In this document: positions 10,261-21,556 of the stretch, in pieces
Position numbering within the stretch: the first letter of the stretch is position 1
Layout: each line of letters opens with the position of its first letter
Source of the DNA: Candidatus Hydrogenedentota bacterium
GTDB taxonomy: Bacteria; Hydrogenedentota; Hydrogenedentia; Hydrogenedentales; SLHB01
DNA length: 64,000 nt
Direction of reading: 5' to 3'
NCBI GenBank assembly: GCA_045863335.1
Contig: BTVY01000008.1
Coordinates: forward strand, 101,638-165,637
The notes under the pieces: generated by a model
What the model saw: the letters and a program-made list of their open reading frames with translations, nothing else
Told to the model about the DNA's origin: nothing
The model's database searches: none
Program-made: the position numbers and the translations under genes

Positions 10261-11523
10261 TCAACCGTTGATTTGATCGGATACATTCGCAAATGAAATG
10301 GACCACGACGGGTCTTCCGTTGTGGTCCATTTTGCTTCGGGGTCGCCGCCGCCGTTGTCCACAAGGTCCGCGCCCACGCAGTAGACGAGGGCCTTCTCGC
10401 GGCTGTACTTAATCGCGCCACCATCAAACCAGTCCCGCGGGAGCTCGTCAAAGAATTCCGGGACCAGCGCATCGAGCGACTCCGGCAACTCGCCATGCCG
10501 CGTGTGGTACACCTTCAACGCGAGAAGCACCTGCATGGCGGAGTTGTAGGAGCGGTGGTAGGCGAGTTCCTTAAAGCTATTCTCGGGAAGCGGCGCGATA
10601 AGCCCAGTCATGATGTCCCCGAGGACGTTTCCGCCCAGCACTAACATCACGAAGGGGCGGTCGCTGCGCGCTGGAGGAACAACAACATCGCAGAAGTATT
10701 GACCTGCACTCTCGATGCAAGTTCCATGTTCGCGCAGCATTTCGCGCGTATTCTGATCTTCGTCGTACACCCAGAATTGCCACTGTCGTGAACCGAGCTG
10801 TTCATCGATCAACTTCTTCGCGACCCAATAGCCGGACCGAACGGCGTTCGAGATAGCATCCGCATCATTCTGGCGCGCCGCGACGCGTTCGACAGCTTGC
10901 GCAATAGCATCAGATGTTATGTCATCGTGTTCGGTTAACCGCGCAAGCATGATAAACCCGTGCCGCTGCAACCGGGCGCCCCGCAAAAAGACGATCAGAG
11001 GACCACAACTCTCTTTCATCAGATTGCCTGCGTCGACCAAATTCAGCGCGAGTTCCAATTGCGTATCAGTGTCGCCATATCTATCGGCGTCATGCCATAG
11101 CGCCCATGCAAGCGATTCCAATGCTTCCTTCTTGACCTCGCCATCAGGATCTTCGAATTCGCGATACGCGCTTTCCTTGCATTCGAACGCACGCTGCAGC
11201 GCAACCACCGCCTCTTGTCGGGATTCGAGGAATTGTTGTGGTAGTTCCGGCGGTTCGGGTGTCCCCTCGATCATGGTTTGGATGAAGTAGTACTCGTCGT
11301 CCTCCCATTCGACCAGCGATGCGGCGCGATGAAGCTGAATATACGCGTTCTCTTCGTCCGGGATATCAGGAATCGTGAGTTGCATGTCGGATTCATCAAT
11401 CGGTTCGGCGGACCCGGCGTAACGAAGCACGACGACCGCAACGACCGCGGCGAGCAAAATGCCGAAGACCAGCATTGCCGTCGAACAACCTGCGACAGCA
11501 AGTGGCGATCTGCGCTTGCTCAT
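10261..11523 (-). CDS. Membrane-anchored hypothetical protein with a pseudopilin(GspG)-like C-terminal motif
   Basis: N-terminal TM; C-terminal 'ALKVYHTRHGELPESLDALVP..LPRDWFDG..Y...VYCVGADLVDNGG'. Confidence 0.6.
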   Translation of the reverse strand: MSKRRSPLAVAGCSTAMLVFGILLAAVVAVVVLRYAGSAEPIDESDMQLTIPDIPDEENAYIQLHRAASLVEWEDDEYYFIQTMIEGTPEPPELPQQFLESRQEAVVALQRAFECKESAYREFEDPDGEVKKEALESLAWALWHDADRYGDTDTQLELALNLVDAGNLMKESCGPLIVFLRGARLQRHGFIMLARLTEHDDITSDAIAQAVERVAARQNDADAISNAVRSGYWVAKKLIDEQLGSRQWQFWVYDEDQNTREMLREHGTCIESAGQYFCDVVVPPARSDRPFVMLVLGGNVLGDIMTGLIAPLPENSFKELAYHRSYNSAMQVLLALKVYHTRHGELPESLDALVPEFFDELPRDWFDGGAIKYSREKALVYCVGADLVDNGGGDPEAKWTTTEDPSWSISFANVSDQING

Positions 11524-11612
11524 GAAACACCTCGCATAACTGGTTTCTGGCTGGTGACGCCGGAGTCAGCGTATCACAATTACGTCTGTTGGGGTTAATG
11601 GGGATGCTTCAA

Positions 11613-11736
11613 GTAGGCTGGGATTGAATCCCGGCCAGGAAGTTCTGAGGCACCGCGTGCATGGAGAAGGCCGCGAGTTTGGGAGCGGCATACGGTTGGC
11701 CGAGAAGGGGCGGGTCGGGAACCATTCCCGACCTAC
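11613..11736. repeat. Two GTAG-type REP hairpins in inverted orientation (REPIN-like)
   Basis: GTAGGCTGGGATTGAATCCCGGCC (+, 11613-11636) and GTAGGTCGGGAATGGTTCCCGACC (-, 11713-11736). Confidence 0.7.
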
Positions 11737-11796
11737 GGAAGAGCGCTGCGTGCGGTCGTTCACGGTTCACGCCGTGGAGCTATCAAGGGCAATCGC

Positions 11797-14700
11797 TCAA
11801 GTCTTCTTTTCGATCTGCGTGAAGTCGGCGGTGATGGTGATCGCGTTAAGCACGTCGCGGACTAAGGCGTGGCGATTCTGGCGAACGCGGTCGTCTTTGT
11901 CGTTTACGAGGACGCTCTCGAAGTATGCCGCGATGATAGGCACCCACGACAGGATCTCCTCGCAGGCGTTTCCGAATTCCTTCCGCTCGACGAAGGTGCG
12001 GACCTTGTCCGCGCCGGTGGTGCGGATAAGGTCCAGCGCCTTTTCGTTGTCGTCCAGCAAAGACCCATCCACGGATTCCGCCGGTTCCTTGACGATGCGC
12101 TGCATGCGCTTGGCCTGTTCGGCGAGATCCTGGAGTTGGGGATCGTCGAGCTTGCTGATGGCATCGAGGCAGCGATGGAGCTGGACCGGGCGCTTCGCGT
12201 GGACGGCCAGGGCCGCGGCGACTTGGTCGTAGGCGTACCCCTGATCGCGCAGCATGACAGCCATGCGATCGCTGAAGAACTCCAAGATGACCTGGAGGGC
12301 GTTGTCCGGCGCGTGGACCGTTTCACCGTAGTTAGCCAGGGCAGCGCGTACAAAGACTTCGAGATCGATGTCGAGTTGCGTCGCGTCAATGATGGACAAC
12401 AAGGCGAGCGCGTTGCGGCGCAGGCCGAATGGATCGCTCGTGCCTTTCACGCGCTGACCGATGCCAAAGTAGCCGGCGAGCGTGTCGAAGCGGTCGAGGA
12501 TGCCCGCGACCGTTCCGAGGTTGCCGTCGGGCAATGCGTCCCCCGAGCGGCGCGGCAGCCGGTGCTCGTAGATGGCCTGCGCGACATCGTCGTCGATGCC
12601 TTCCTTCCGTGCGTAGAGCATGCCGACCACGCCTTCGAGAGAATCGAACTCGAAGACCATCTGCGTGGTGAGGTCGGCCTTCATAAGCGTGAGCACCTCC
12701 CCCATCTTCCGGTCATCGACTTCGGGAAGGTATTGCTTGAGTGTGAAATAGAGGTCGCGCAACCGCGCAACTTTGTCCGCGACGGAGCCGAGCTTCTGGT
12801 GGAACATGACCGTATTGAGTTTCTCGGCGAAGGCGCGCAACGGCGTCTGGGTGTCCGTGTCCCAGAAGTATCGCGCATCGCGCAGCCGCGCGTTGAGCAC
12901 GCGCTCGTTGCCTCCGCGAATTGTGTCGCGACCTTTGTCGCTAAAGTGTCCGTTCGCGACGCAGACGAACTTGCGGCTCAGGGAACCGTCAGCGTTTCGC
13001 AACGGGATGTAGCGTTGGTGCACCTTCATAGGCGTGATGATGATATCCTCTGGAAGAACGAGTGCGTCCTCAGGAATAGCGCCCACGATGGGATCGGGGA
13101 ACTCCACGAGATCGGCGATCTCCTCATAGAGATCGTCGTCCTGCTCGGGAATCAAACCTTCTCCCTTTGCGAGTTCGTTCACACGTTCAACGAGCAGGGA
13201 CTTGCGGTCCGCATGATCGGCGAGCACGAAGTGCTTGCGCAACGATTCGAGGTAGCCGGACACCGAAGCGATTGAAACGGGACCGGCGGCGAGACGGCGA
13301 TGACCGTAGGTCACGCGGCCCGAGTTGATGAGGCGTTCCGCGCCCGTATCCCCGTCGTCGCGCAATTTGATGGACGCCGGCACGACGGTGGAACCGTGGA
13401 GCGCAACAAGCCAGCGAATGGGTCGCGAGAAAACGGCGGTCGTGTTTTCCCATCCCATGGTCTTGCCGAAGTGAATGCCGGAAAGGAGATCTTCGAGCAC
13501 CTCCGTCAACAGCTTGGCGAGGTGCTTGCCCTTTTGATGGACCTGCACAAAGCAGTATTCCGCCTTGCCGTCGCTGCGAAACTCAATGTCCTCAACGCGG
13601 ACGCCCTGCCCTTCCGCGAAGCGCTTGGCCGCCATGGTCCATTCGCCCTTGTCGTTCTGGGCGGCTTGGCGCTTCGGACCGCGGACTTCCTTGGTCACGT
13701 CCTGTTGCCGCGCAGGGACGTCGTCAATGATGAACGCAATGCGGCGCGGAGCGACGAAGGTGCGGGTGGCGCCATGGGTGAGACCGCGGGATTCGAGAGC
13801 GGAAGCGATACGATCCGGCGCCTGCGTCTGCACGGTTTGGATATCTCGATGAGGCAACTCTTCCACGCCGATCTCGATGAGCAGCGTGTCCGAATCCTTG
13901 TAGGCCGATGCATCGGGGCGTTCCTGTTCGATGGACTCGTAAAGGACCGGGCTCGGATGGCGCAGCATGGGGAACTGCAAGGCTTCCCGCTGGGCGAAGA
14001 AGCCTTTCGCGCACTGCTCCGCGAGGGCGCGGCATCGCAGGAGGAAGCGTCCGCGCTCGGAAACCGAAAACGCGCCGCGCGCATCCAGGAGGTTGAAGAG
14101 GTGTGAGAGCCGCAGGCAGTGATCGTATGCGGGCAGAATCAGACCGAGTTCGAGGAGACGCAGCCCCTCCCCTTCCCAGATATCGAAGACCTGGAGGAGC
14201 TTCTCCGTATCGGCGGCTTCGAAGTTGTACTTGCAATACTCGACTTCCTGGGCGTGGAAGATATCGCGGTAAGTGACGCCGCCGGGCGACCATTGCAGGT
14301 CGAACACGTTTTCCACGCCTTGCAGGTACATGGCGATGCGTTCGATGCCGTAGGTCAGCTCGCAGGCGCGCACGTCGAGCTTGAGCCCGCCGCATTCCTG
14401 GAAGTACGTGAACTGGAGCACTTCCATGCCGTCGAGCCAGGCTTCCCACCCGAGCCCCCAGGCGCCGAGGGACGGACTCTGCCAGTTGTCCTCGACGAAG
14501 CGGAAATCGTGGAGTTTCAGATCGAGACCGAGCGCTTCGAGGGATTCAAGGAACAACTCCTGCACGTTCGGCGGCGACGGTTTTAATATGACCTGGTACT
14601 GGTAGTAGTGCTGAAGGCGGTTCGGGTTCTCGCCGTAACGGCCATCGGTCGGACGCGTGCTCGGCTCCGTGTATGCGACCCACCACGGCTCGGGTCCCAA

Positions 14701-14826
14701 CACGCGCAGGAAGGTCGCCGGGTTGGACGTGCCCGCCCCCACTTCGGTGTGGTAAGGCTGCCAGAGGAGACAGCCGCGGCTGCTCCAGAAGTTGTTCAGG
14801 GTTTGCAACACATCCTGCATGTACAT
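11797..14826 (-). CDS. glyQS: Glycine--tRNA ligase, fused alpha and beta subunits
   Basis: GlyQ motifs ([37 protein letters not shown]) in frame with GlyS motifs ([29 protein letters not shown]). Confidence 0.95.
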   Translation of the reverse strand: MYMQDVLQTLNNFWSSRGCLLWQPYHTEVGAGTSNPATFLRVLGPEPWWVAYTEPSTRPTDGRYGENPNRLQHYYQYQVILKPSPPNVQELFLESLEALGLDLKLHDFRFVEDNWQSPSLGAWGLGWEAWLDGMEVLQFTYFQECGGLKLDVRACELTYGIERIAMYLQGVENVFDLQWSPGGVTYRDIFHAQEVEYCKYNFEAADTEKLLQVFDIWEGEGLRLLELGLILPAYDHCLRLSHLFNLLDARGAFSVSERGRFLLRCRALAEQCAKGFFAQREALQFPMLRHPSPVLYESIEQERPDASAYKDSDTLLIEIGVEELPHRDIQTVQTQAPDRIASALESRGLTHGATRTFVAPRRIAFIIDDVPARQQDVTKEVRGPKRQAAQNDKGEWTMAAKRFAEGQGVRVEDIEFRSDGKAEYCFVQVHQKGKHLAKLLTEVLEDLLSGIHFGKTMGWENTTAVFSRPIRWLVALHGSTVVPASIKLRDDGDTGAERLINSGRVTYGHRRLAAGPVSIASVSGYLESLRKHFVLADHADRKSLLVERVNELAKGEGLIPEQDDDLYEEIADLVEFPDPIVGAIPEDALVLPEDIIITPMKVHQRYIPLRNADGSLSRKFVCVANGHFSDKGRDTIRGGNERVLNARLRDARYFWDTDTQTPLRAFAEKLNTVMFHQKLGSVADKVARLRDLYFTLKQYLPEVDDRKMGEVLTLMKADLTTQMVFEFDSLEGVVGMLYARKEGIDDDVAQAIYEHRLPRRSGDALPDGNLGTVAGILDRFDTLAGYFGIGQRVKGTSDPFGLRRNALALLSIIDATQLDIDLEVFVRAALANYGETVHAPDNALQVILEFFSDRMAVMLRDQGYAYDQVAAALAVHAKRPVQLHRCLDAISKLDDPQLQDLAEQAKRMQRIVKEPAESVDGSLLDDNEKALDLIRTTGADKVRTFVERKEFGNACEEILSWVPIIAAYFESVLVNDKDDRVRQNRHALVRDVLNAITITADFTQIEKKT

Positions 14827-14950
14827 GGTCGAAACGGTCCTTCTTAACCAGTCGTATCCCGGGAAGATTCGCCGCGCCACCCGGCATCCAGCGCAGCGAA
14901 GAATGGGGTTAATACAAAGGGGGAAGTGTACTTGCGAACCGGGGCGGGAG

Positions 14951-15388
14951 TCAAAGCGGGTGGCTTGACGTAACAGTGCCCGGTTGCTCGAAGAGGACTC
15001 GAATATCGGCCCGAGTTAGGACACGATACTGCCAGACCGCAAGGGCAAAGAATGGTATCACCCAAAACACAACCAATATCCTGGGGATTTGCGCAACCTT
15101 GATGCCGAACAGCTCAAAATACGCGGGCGCATGACTGACAAGAGCTATCAGGCCAATGATGGGGAGACCGATCATGCCGAACCAGAGAAGAACCAGCGAG
15201 CATATTCGCCAGCCGTTCCGATAGTGCAGCAAACCGAAGTAAATCGGGATTCCCAGGATACCAAACTGGATGGAGAATGTGTTCTGGCTCAAAAGTACAA
15301 AGAACTTGATTGCGGCCAGAACTCCCACGACGAGATGAATTGTCGCGACGATCCGCAACGCTGTCGGAACAGTCTGCGGGTCCGGCAT
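14951..15388 (-). CDS. Hypothetical 4-TM membrane protein
   Basis: Hydrophobic 145-aa ORF with an upstream GGGGGA RBS-like sequence. Confidence 0.65.
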   Translation of the reverse strand: MPDPQTVPTALRIVATIHLVVGVLAAIKFFVLLSQNTFSIQFGILGIPIYFGLLHYRNGWRICSLVLLWFGMIGLPIIGLIALVSHAPAYFELFGIKVAQIPRILVVFWVIPFFALAVWQYRVLTRADIRVLFEQPGTVTSSHPL

Positions 15389-15527
15389 AGTCTATCCCCC
15401 AGCGATTCGTTCCCTTAATAGGAAAGGTTATCACAGGCAAGACTAGTCGTCAAGCGGATCGGGTATGCAGATTGAGTTCTGGCCTCAGCAGAACTTTGGA
15501 GAACATTTGCCCATGACCTTCTCAACT

Positions 15528-15543
15528 TGGCAATGGTGCTGCA
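15528..15543 (+). promoter_or_regulatory. Possible sigma54 promoter
   Basis: TGGCAATGGTGCTGCA fits GG-N10-GC, but the -12 element is CTGC rather than TTGC. Confidence 0.3.
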
Positions 15544-15630
15544 AATTGCCTATAGTGGAGGGACTCTATGGGTAATCAATTCGTCGCGGCGTGGTCCGCC
15601 GTGCAAGAACTCGGTATAGGAGCTGCAACT

Positions 15631-16845
15631 ATGAAACTCGGTCGTGTTTTTTCTCTCGCCATGATTGGCGTCGTGGCGTTGGCGGCTTGCCTGACGGCGA
15701 ACGCCGAACCTCGCCATGTGTTTCTGACGTATTCGGATGCGCCGGAGACGTCCATCGACATTAACGTCATTCTCGACGAACACGAGGGTGAAGTGCAGGT
15801 CTATTACGATACGGAATCCCATGACGGAAAGCTCGAGGACTACGCCCACCACGTGACGGCGCCGTACATCCAGACCCTAATGGTCATCAGCGATGAGCGG
15901 GCGCTGGCGGTGGCGACGTTGACCGGGTTGGAACCGGGCACGGAGTACTACTTCGTCGCGGGCGAGGACGAATTCGGCATGTCGAAGGAGCGGAAGTTCC
16001 GGACCTTGCCGGGCGGAGACGAGCCCATCCGGTTCGTGACCGGCGGCGATATGGGAGTCGATGGTTTCGTCATCTCGCTCCTGGGATTGGTTGCCGAGGA
16101 AGCGCCCGATTTCGGTGTGATCGGTGGCGACATCCCCTACGCGAACGGGCTGCTCGGTCGTCCGGATCTCTGGGATAAGTGGCTGCACAACTGGGACCAC
16201 CTCACCACTTCCGACGACGGACGGATGGTCCCGATCGTGACGGCCATCGGTAACCACGAAACGAACGATTACATCTCCGACAATTTCGAACTGCGGGCGC
16301 CCTGGTATATGGCACTCTTCGGACGGCAGGCGGAGAACATCTACTACACGCGGAAGTTCGGCGACAACATGGTGATGTTCGTGCTGGATTCAGGGCACCT
16401 GGTCCCTCACGAAGCACAAGTTCCCTGGTTGGAGCAAGAGATGGCGAAGCACCAGGATGTGCCGTTCAAGTTTGCTTTGTACCACGTGCCGCTGTATCCG
16501 GCCCACCGGGACTATGAAGGCGGCGGCTCGGTCGCCGGGCGCACGCACTGGCTTCCGATCTTCGACAAATACGGCCTGACTGTGGGAATGGAGAATCACG
16601 ATCACGTCTTCAAGCGCACGAAGGTGCTTAAGGGCAACGAGGTTGCAGACGAAGGTACCGTATACATTGGCGACGGGTGCTTCGGCCGCGCCCCTCGGGA
16701 GATCGACCCGCAGCCGCGTTGGTACAACGAGAAGGAAGCGGCTAAGGCGCACTTCTGGGTGGTTGACGTGAAGAAGGACGGGGTCGATTTGAAAGCCATC
16801 GACGCCGAAGGCCTGGAATTGGATAGGTTCAGTTTGACGAAGTAA
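15631..16845 (+). CDS. Purple acid phosphatase-like metallophosphoesterase with FN3-like N-domain
   Basis: Signal peptide, TGLEPGTEYYF, GGDMG, GGDIPY, GNHE, HDH. Confidence 0.9.
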   Translation: MKLGRVFSLAMIGVVALAACLTANAEPRHVFLTYSDAPETSIDINVILDEHEGEVQVYYDTESHDGKLEDYAHHVTAPYIQTLMVISDERALAVATLTGLEPGTEYYFVAGEDEFGMSKERKFRTLPGGDEPIRFVTGGDMGVDGFVISLLGLVAEEAPDFGVIGGDIPYANGLLGRPDLWDKWLHNWDHLTTSDDGRMVPIVTAIGNHETNDYISDNFELRAPWYMALFGRQAENIYYTRKFGDNMVMFVLDSGHLVPHEAQVPWLEQEMAKHQDVPFKFALYHVPLYPAHRDYEGGGSVAGRTHWLPIFDKYGLTVGMENHDHVFKRTKVLKGNEVADEGTVYIGDGCFGRAPREIDPQPRWYNEKEAAKAHFWVVDVKKDGVDLKAIDAEGLELDRFSLTK

Positions 16846-16872
16846 GCACTTTGGCGATCTGAGATGCTAATG

Positions 16873-16907
16873 CGAGGCGTTTGCAATAGAGGCGAACGCC
16901 TCGTTTT
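16873..16907 (+). terminator. Intrinsic terminator-like hairpin
   Basis: cgaggcgtttgc...gcgaacgcctcg followed by TTTT, downstream of the stop codon. Confidence 0.55.
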
Positions 16908-17015
16908 CACTTTAAAGCTGGTAAAGTGGCCCGAACGCAGGAATCACGGTGTTTGGATTGTACCAAGACGATCCGTACCATGGACGGCTGGCCATGTTGA
17001 GGAGGGATACAGGAT

Positions 17016-18041
17016 ATGGTTCGATGCATAGCGATAGCGTTTGCTCTTGGTTTTGGTTCGTTGAATGCATTGGCACAGGGCCTGGCGGCGCCGCCGGAGC
17101 GGCCGGTGCCGCTGATCTTCGATACGGACATCGGGAATGACGTGGATGACGCACTCGCCCTAGGAGTTATCCACGCGTTGCAGAGCCGCGGCGAGTGCGA
17201 ATTGTTGGCGGTGACGATTACGAAGGACCATCCCTTGTGCGCGCCGTTTGTGGACGCGGTGAATACGTTCTACGGACGCGGCGACATCCCCGTCGGCGTT
17301 GTGAAGGATGGACCGACGCCGGGCGACAGCAAGTTCCTGCCGCTTGCGGAACAACGGGACAACGGCGAATTGCGTTATCCGCATGACCTCATGAGCAGCG
17401 CGGATGCCCCGGATGCGACCACGGTGTTGCGCCAGGCCCTCGCGGAAGCGGAAGACAACTCGGTCGTGATTGCGCAGGTCGGGTTTTCGACCAACCTGGC
17501 GCGGTTGCTGGAATCAGGACCTGATGCCATCTCCGATCTCACGGGGAAAGAACTGGCCGCGAAGAAGGTGCGGCTGATTTCGATCATGGCGGGGGCGTTC
17601 GAGCCCATCGACGGGAAGACGCACCGGGAGTACAACGTGGTCATGGATATCCCGGCGGCGCAGGCCTTGGCCAAGGACTGGCCGACGCCGATTGTGTACA
17701 GCGGCTACGAGATCGGACTGAACATCCCCTATCCCGCCGCGAGTATCGAGCGGGACTACGCGTACGTGGATCACCATCCGCTTCCGGAGGCCTATCAACT
17801 ATACATGCCGACGCCCCACGAGCGGCCAACCTGGGACCTGACAAGCGTGCTCTGGGCGATCCGGCCGGAGCGAGGCTACTTTGATCTGTCCAAACCGGGA
17901 CGTACGCAGGTCACGGATGAAGGGGTGACCGAATTCGAGGAAGCCGCGGACGGAAACTGCGTATACCTTATCGCCAGCGACGCGCAAAAGGAGCGGACGA
18001 AGGAAGCATTGGCGCAGTTGTCGAGCCAGCCACCCGAGTGA
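17016..18041 (+). CDS. Secreted inosine/uridine-preferring nucleoside hydrolase family protein
   Basis: IFDTDIGNDVDD motif, REYN, TWD. Confidence 0.88.
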   Translation: MVRCIAIAFALGFGSLNALAQGLAAPPERPVPLIFDTDIGNDVDDALALGVIHALQSRGECELLAVTITKDHPLCAPFVDAVNTFYGRGDIPVGVVKDGPTPGDSKFLPLAEQRDNGELRYPHDLMSSADAPDATTVLRQALAEAEDNSVVIAQVGFSTNLARLLESGPDAISDLTGKELAAKKVRLISIMAGAFEPIDGKTHREYNVVMDIPAAQALAKDWPTPIVYSGYEIGLNIPYPAASIERDYAYVDHHPLPEAYQLYMPTPHERPTWDLTSVLWAIRPERGYFDLSKPGRTQVTDEGVTEFEEAADGNCVYLIASDAQKERTKEALAQLSSQPPE

Positions 18042-18067
18042 TTGCGGATTGAGGCGGATCTGAGAAC

Positions 18068-18877
18068 TTAATCCGGAGTCCGCAGCAATCGAAACCCGAT
18101 GCGGTCATACCAAAATTCCGGGGGGGCAAAGCGGCGATCGGCAGAACGGATTTGCGTTGGAAAGGAACTCCACTCTCCCCCACGTAACACGCGGTATTCG
18201 CCTGTGGCCGGACCTTCGGGGTCCGTGGCTGATCCCGAAGGATATTCTGCGTACCAATCCTGGCACCACTCATCAACGCTTCCGGCCATGTCGTACAATC
18301 CCCACTCGTTGGGGAGCTTCTCGCCGACGTTGTGGGTCGTGTTGTCACCATTGCCCAGATACCAAGCATAGTCGGCAATCTCAGTTTCCGCCGAATCCTC
18401 GCCCCAATAGAAGCGCGTAGTCGACCCCGCCCTACACGCATATTCCCACTCGGCCTCGGTCGGTAGCCGGTACGGCCCGCCGACGGCGTATTTGTTCGCG
18501 TTGAGCGCAGCAAGAAAGTACTGCACATCGTCCCAACTGACCCGCTCGACGGGCCTGATCGCACTGGTGGGTTCCAAAAAGAAGGACGGATTACTTCCCA
18601 TGACGGCCGTCCACTGGGCCTGAGTTAGTTCGTATTTCCCCAACCAAAACCCCTGCGAGAGTGTGACGGCGTGCCGCGTTTCGTCAGAATCGCGTCCCAC
18701 TTCGTCTACGCGACTCCCCATCATAAAGGAGCCGGGCGGACACCATTGGAACTCGATTCCATCAAAAATCCGGGTCTCGCCGGGGGTGGGGCCCTTTTCG
18801 GTGATCGGACATCCCATTACGAGCACCAGACATGCGACCAATACGGCGCTACACAACAAACGAAGCACAGCCTTCAT
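18068..18877 (-). CDS. FGE-sulfatase (SUMF1) domain lipoprotein
   Basis: Lipobox VMGC, FMMGS, RLPTEAEWEYACRAG, NEWGLYDMAGSVDEW, IGFRL. Confidence 0.9.
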   Translation of the reverse strand: MKAVLRLLCSAVLVACLVLVMGCPITEKGPTPGETRIFDGIEFQWCPPGSFMMGSRVDEVGRDSDETRHAVTLSQGFWLGKYELTQAQWTAVMGSNPSFFLEPTSAIRPVERVSWDDVQYFLAALNANKYAVGGPYRLPTEAEWEYACRAGSTTRFYWGEDSAETEIADYAWYLGNGDNTTHNVGEKLPNEWGLYDMAGSVDEWCQDWYAEYPSGSATDPEGPATGEYRVLRGGEWSSFPTQIRSADRRFAPPEFWYDRIGFRLLRTPD

Positions 18878-19157
18878 GGAATGCACTCCTTTGCGCAGGG
18901 CGATTCTGCACGCGGTCTGGTGGCGCAGTTGGACGACGCAGATGCGTGCTTTGCAGTTACGACCGATGACAAATACTGCCACATAAGGCTATTTTTAGCA
19001 ATACTTATTTCAGCGTATCGATACTCTGAGAAAATTGACTTGGAAAGGGCAGCGGCGGGTATAGATCGGGCAGGACACGCGCGTATAATTTCGTCGACTC
19101 GTGATCGCTCATGGTAGATTCCCTCCGTGAAACGCAATCGAGTAGGAGTACGGGATT

Positions 19158-21407
19158 ATGCGGTGGTTCGGCATCCTAACAACGGTCGCTATCGGTGTTT
19201 TTTCCGAAGCGGATCTTGCGACGACGCGTTTGGAGAACCCGTCACTATCCATCACGCTGACGCCGGACACCGGAAGCCTAGTCCAAATTACGGATCGCGC
19301 ATTGTCTCAAGCTTTTATGGCCACGGAGGCGACAGCATCGCTCTGGCAGGTGGAACTGATGGACGGATCTGTTGTTGAGCCCGAGTCGGCGACCCGGACC
19401 TCCTGCGCTGTGCAAGAAGATGACGCACATGGCGTTCTCATGACGTGGTCGGGTTTTGGGATTGAGCGTGCGCCGGATTTCCGCGTAGAGGTGCGGATCA
19501 CAATGGTTGCGGAAGAACCGGTAAGCCGATGGCGAATCGCGATTCGCGGGATCGGGAACATCGCGCCGCGCCGGATTATCTTTCCCCGCTTGGGCTCCCT
19601 CTCCGAGCAGCCGGGCGAAACGCTGGCGGTGCCGCAATGGATTGGCGAAGTAACGACCCAGGCGCGGACGATGCTTAACCCGGCAAGTGGAGAGTCGCGA
19701 CGGCGCGAATGGGAGTATCCCGGCACGCTGTCGATGCAGTTCCTCACGGTGTATGGCGATCACGCGGGGCTGCTGTTGTCGGCGGACGATACCGCGTTGA
19801 AAGCGAAGCGATTCGCGGTATTCGGCGGCGGCAGCCTGGGCATGGAGGTTTCCCATCTGGTTCCGTTGGGCCAGAAAGCGCAGGATAATTTCGAGCCGGG
19901 TTACGACGTCTTGCTGCAAACTTTCGATGGCGACTGGTATACGGCGGCCGCATTGTACCGCGAGTGGGCGATCAAGCAATGGTGGGTCGAACAGAGCCGC
20001 GTGCGGACCGGACAGGTGCCGGATTGGGTGCGCGACACAGGATTGTGGGTGTGGAACCGTGGCCCTTCGCCGGGGGTTCTCGGTCCGGCAATCGCGTTGC
20101 AGCAATACTCGGACTTGCCGGTAAGCGTGTTCTGGCACTGGTGGCATGGGTGCGCGTACGACGTGGGGTTTCCCGAGTACCTGCCGCCGCGCGAAGGAGC
20201 CGAACCCTTTCGCGAAGCCGTCGCCGACGCGCAGACTCACGGTATCAATGCCATCGTGTACATGAACCAGCGGCTATGGGGAATGACCACGGAAAGCTGG
20301 AAGGAGCGCGATGCGGCCCGCTATGCGGTCAAGCAGCCGGATGGTTCCATCGCGCCCGAGGTTTACAATACCTTCGTGAAAGCGCCGAACGCGTCCATGT
20401 GCATGGGCACGGAGTTCTGGCGGGACACGTACGCCACACTGGCCGGGGAAGTGGTTTGCGATCTCGGCGTTTCGGGCATCTATATGGACCAAGCCTGTTC
20501 GAGCCTCGCCTGTTATGACACGTCGCACGGCCATCCGCTTGGCGGCGGCACGTACTGGATGGAAGGGTTCAAGGCCCTGGAGAGCGATATCCGCGATCGC
20601 TGTGCAAAGGTGAAGGAAGTCGGGCTCGCCGGCGAGGGCTGTGGCGAGGCCTGGCTCCCCCACCTCGACATGATGCTTTCGTTGCAGGTGAGTCTCGAAC
20701 GCTACGCGGCGCCCGGGATGTGGGAGCCGGTGCCGTTGTTCAATGCAGTCTATCATGACGTGTCCACGCAATATGGAAACTACTCGTCGTTGACTCGACC
20801 GCCCTACGATGAACTGTGGCCGGAAGAGTTTGCGCCGAAGGAGCCCCTGGCCTTGTTGGACCGGAAGTTCGCGGCGCAGTTCCGGTTGGAGCACGCACGG
20901 TCCTTCGTGTGGGGACAACATCCCTCGCTCGCGAATTTCCGTGAGAATCAGTTGACCGAACGGGCGGAGGAACTCGACTTCCTGCTACGCATTGCCCGGC
21001 TGCGTCGGGCGGCGCTGAAGTACCTGCGTGACGGAGTTTTCCTACAGCCGCCGCAGATCGATGCGCCCATGATCGAGATTCCCATCTCACGATTGTCGAT
21101 CTATGCGGGGCAACAGGACGCCGTTCAGGAGTACATGAAAAGTGTGCCGGCGGTCCTCGCAAGCGCGTGGTTGGCGGAAGATGGTAGCGTGGGCGTCGTC
21201 CTGGCCAACATCAGCGACGCGCCGCAGGCCGTGAAGACGACCCTGCCGAGCGAGGACTACCCTGTGGCGGACCGAGGGACGGTATACCGAATTCGGAGCG
21301 AAGGACGTGAAGAAACCGCACGCTATCGTGAAGGTTTGGCGGCCTTAGATGTCGAACTTGAACCCCGCGATGTCCGCGTCTACGAAATCGCTAAAGAATC
21401 TCCATAG
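19158..21407 (+). CDS. Secreted glycoside-hydrolase-like protein (DUF6259-like TIM barrel)
   Basis: Signal peptide, GDWYTAAALYREWA, GVSGIYMDQ, C...HGHPLGGG. Confidence 0.65.
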   Translation: MRWFGILTTVAIGVFSEADLATTRLENPSLSITLTPDTGSLVQITDRALSQAFMATEATASLWQVELMDGSVVEPESATRTSCAVQEDDAHGVLMTWSGFGIERAPDFRVEVRITMVAEEPVSRWRIAIRGIGNIAPRRIIFPRLGSLSEQPGETLAVPQWIGEVTTQARTMLNPASGESRRREWEYPGTLSMQFLTVYGDHAGLLLSADDTALKAKRFAVFGGGSLGMEVSHLVPLGQKAQDNFEPGYDVLLQTFDGDWYTAAALYREWAIKQWWVEQSRVRTGQVPDWVRDTGLWVWNRGPSPGVLGPAIALQQYSDLPVSVFWHWWHGCAYDVGFPEYLPPREGAEPFREAVADAQTHGINAIVYMNQRLWGMTTESWKERDAARYAVKQPDGSIAPEVYNTFVKAPNASMCMGTEFWRDTYATLAGEVVCDLGVSGIYMDQACSSLACYDTSHGHPLGGGTYWMEGFKALESDIRDRCAKVKEVGLAGEGCGEAWLPHLDMMLSLQVSLERYAAPGMWEPVPLFNAVYHDVSTQYGNYSSLTRPPYDELWPEEFAPKEPLALLDRKFAAQFRLEHARSFVWGQHPSLANFRENQLTERAEELDFLLRIARLRRAALKYLRDGVFLQPPQIDAPMIEIPISRLSIYAGQQDAVQEYMKSVPAVLASAWLAEDGSVGVVLANISDAPQAVKTTLPSEDYPVADRGTVYRIRSEGREETARYREGLAALDVELEPRDVRVYEIAKESP

Positions 21408-21412
21408 CGCAA

Positions 21413-21526
21413 CAAGGGGAACGGGCGTCTCGCCCGTGATTGGGGTCGCACGCAGACTATCGAATACCATGCGGCGCTGGAGAAGGAGAGAGCCTTTGGA
21501 CACGGGCGGGACGCCCGTGCTCCTTG
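21413..21526. repeat. REP-like inverted pair (ACGGGCGTC[T/C]CGCCCGTG)
   Basis: 21413-21438 matches the reverse complement of 21501-21526 with few mismatches; each arm is palindromic; between convergent genes. Confidence 0.8.
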
Positions 21527-21556
21527 ATCGCACAACCTGAACAAACTTGTGTCTTT

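Noticed and set aside
18068-18877. FGE-domain protein as a DGR target or as the sulfatase-maturing enzyme
   Set aside because: No template repeat of its 3' end was seen, and it lacks the two core catalytic cysteines of true FGE
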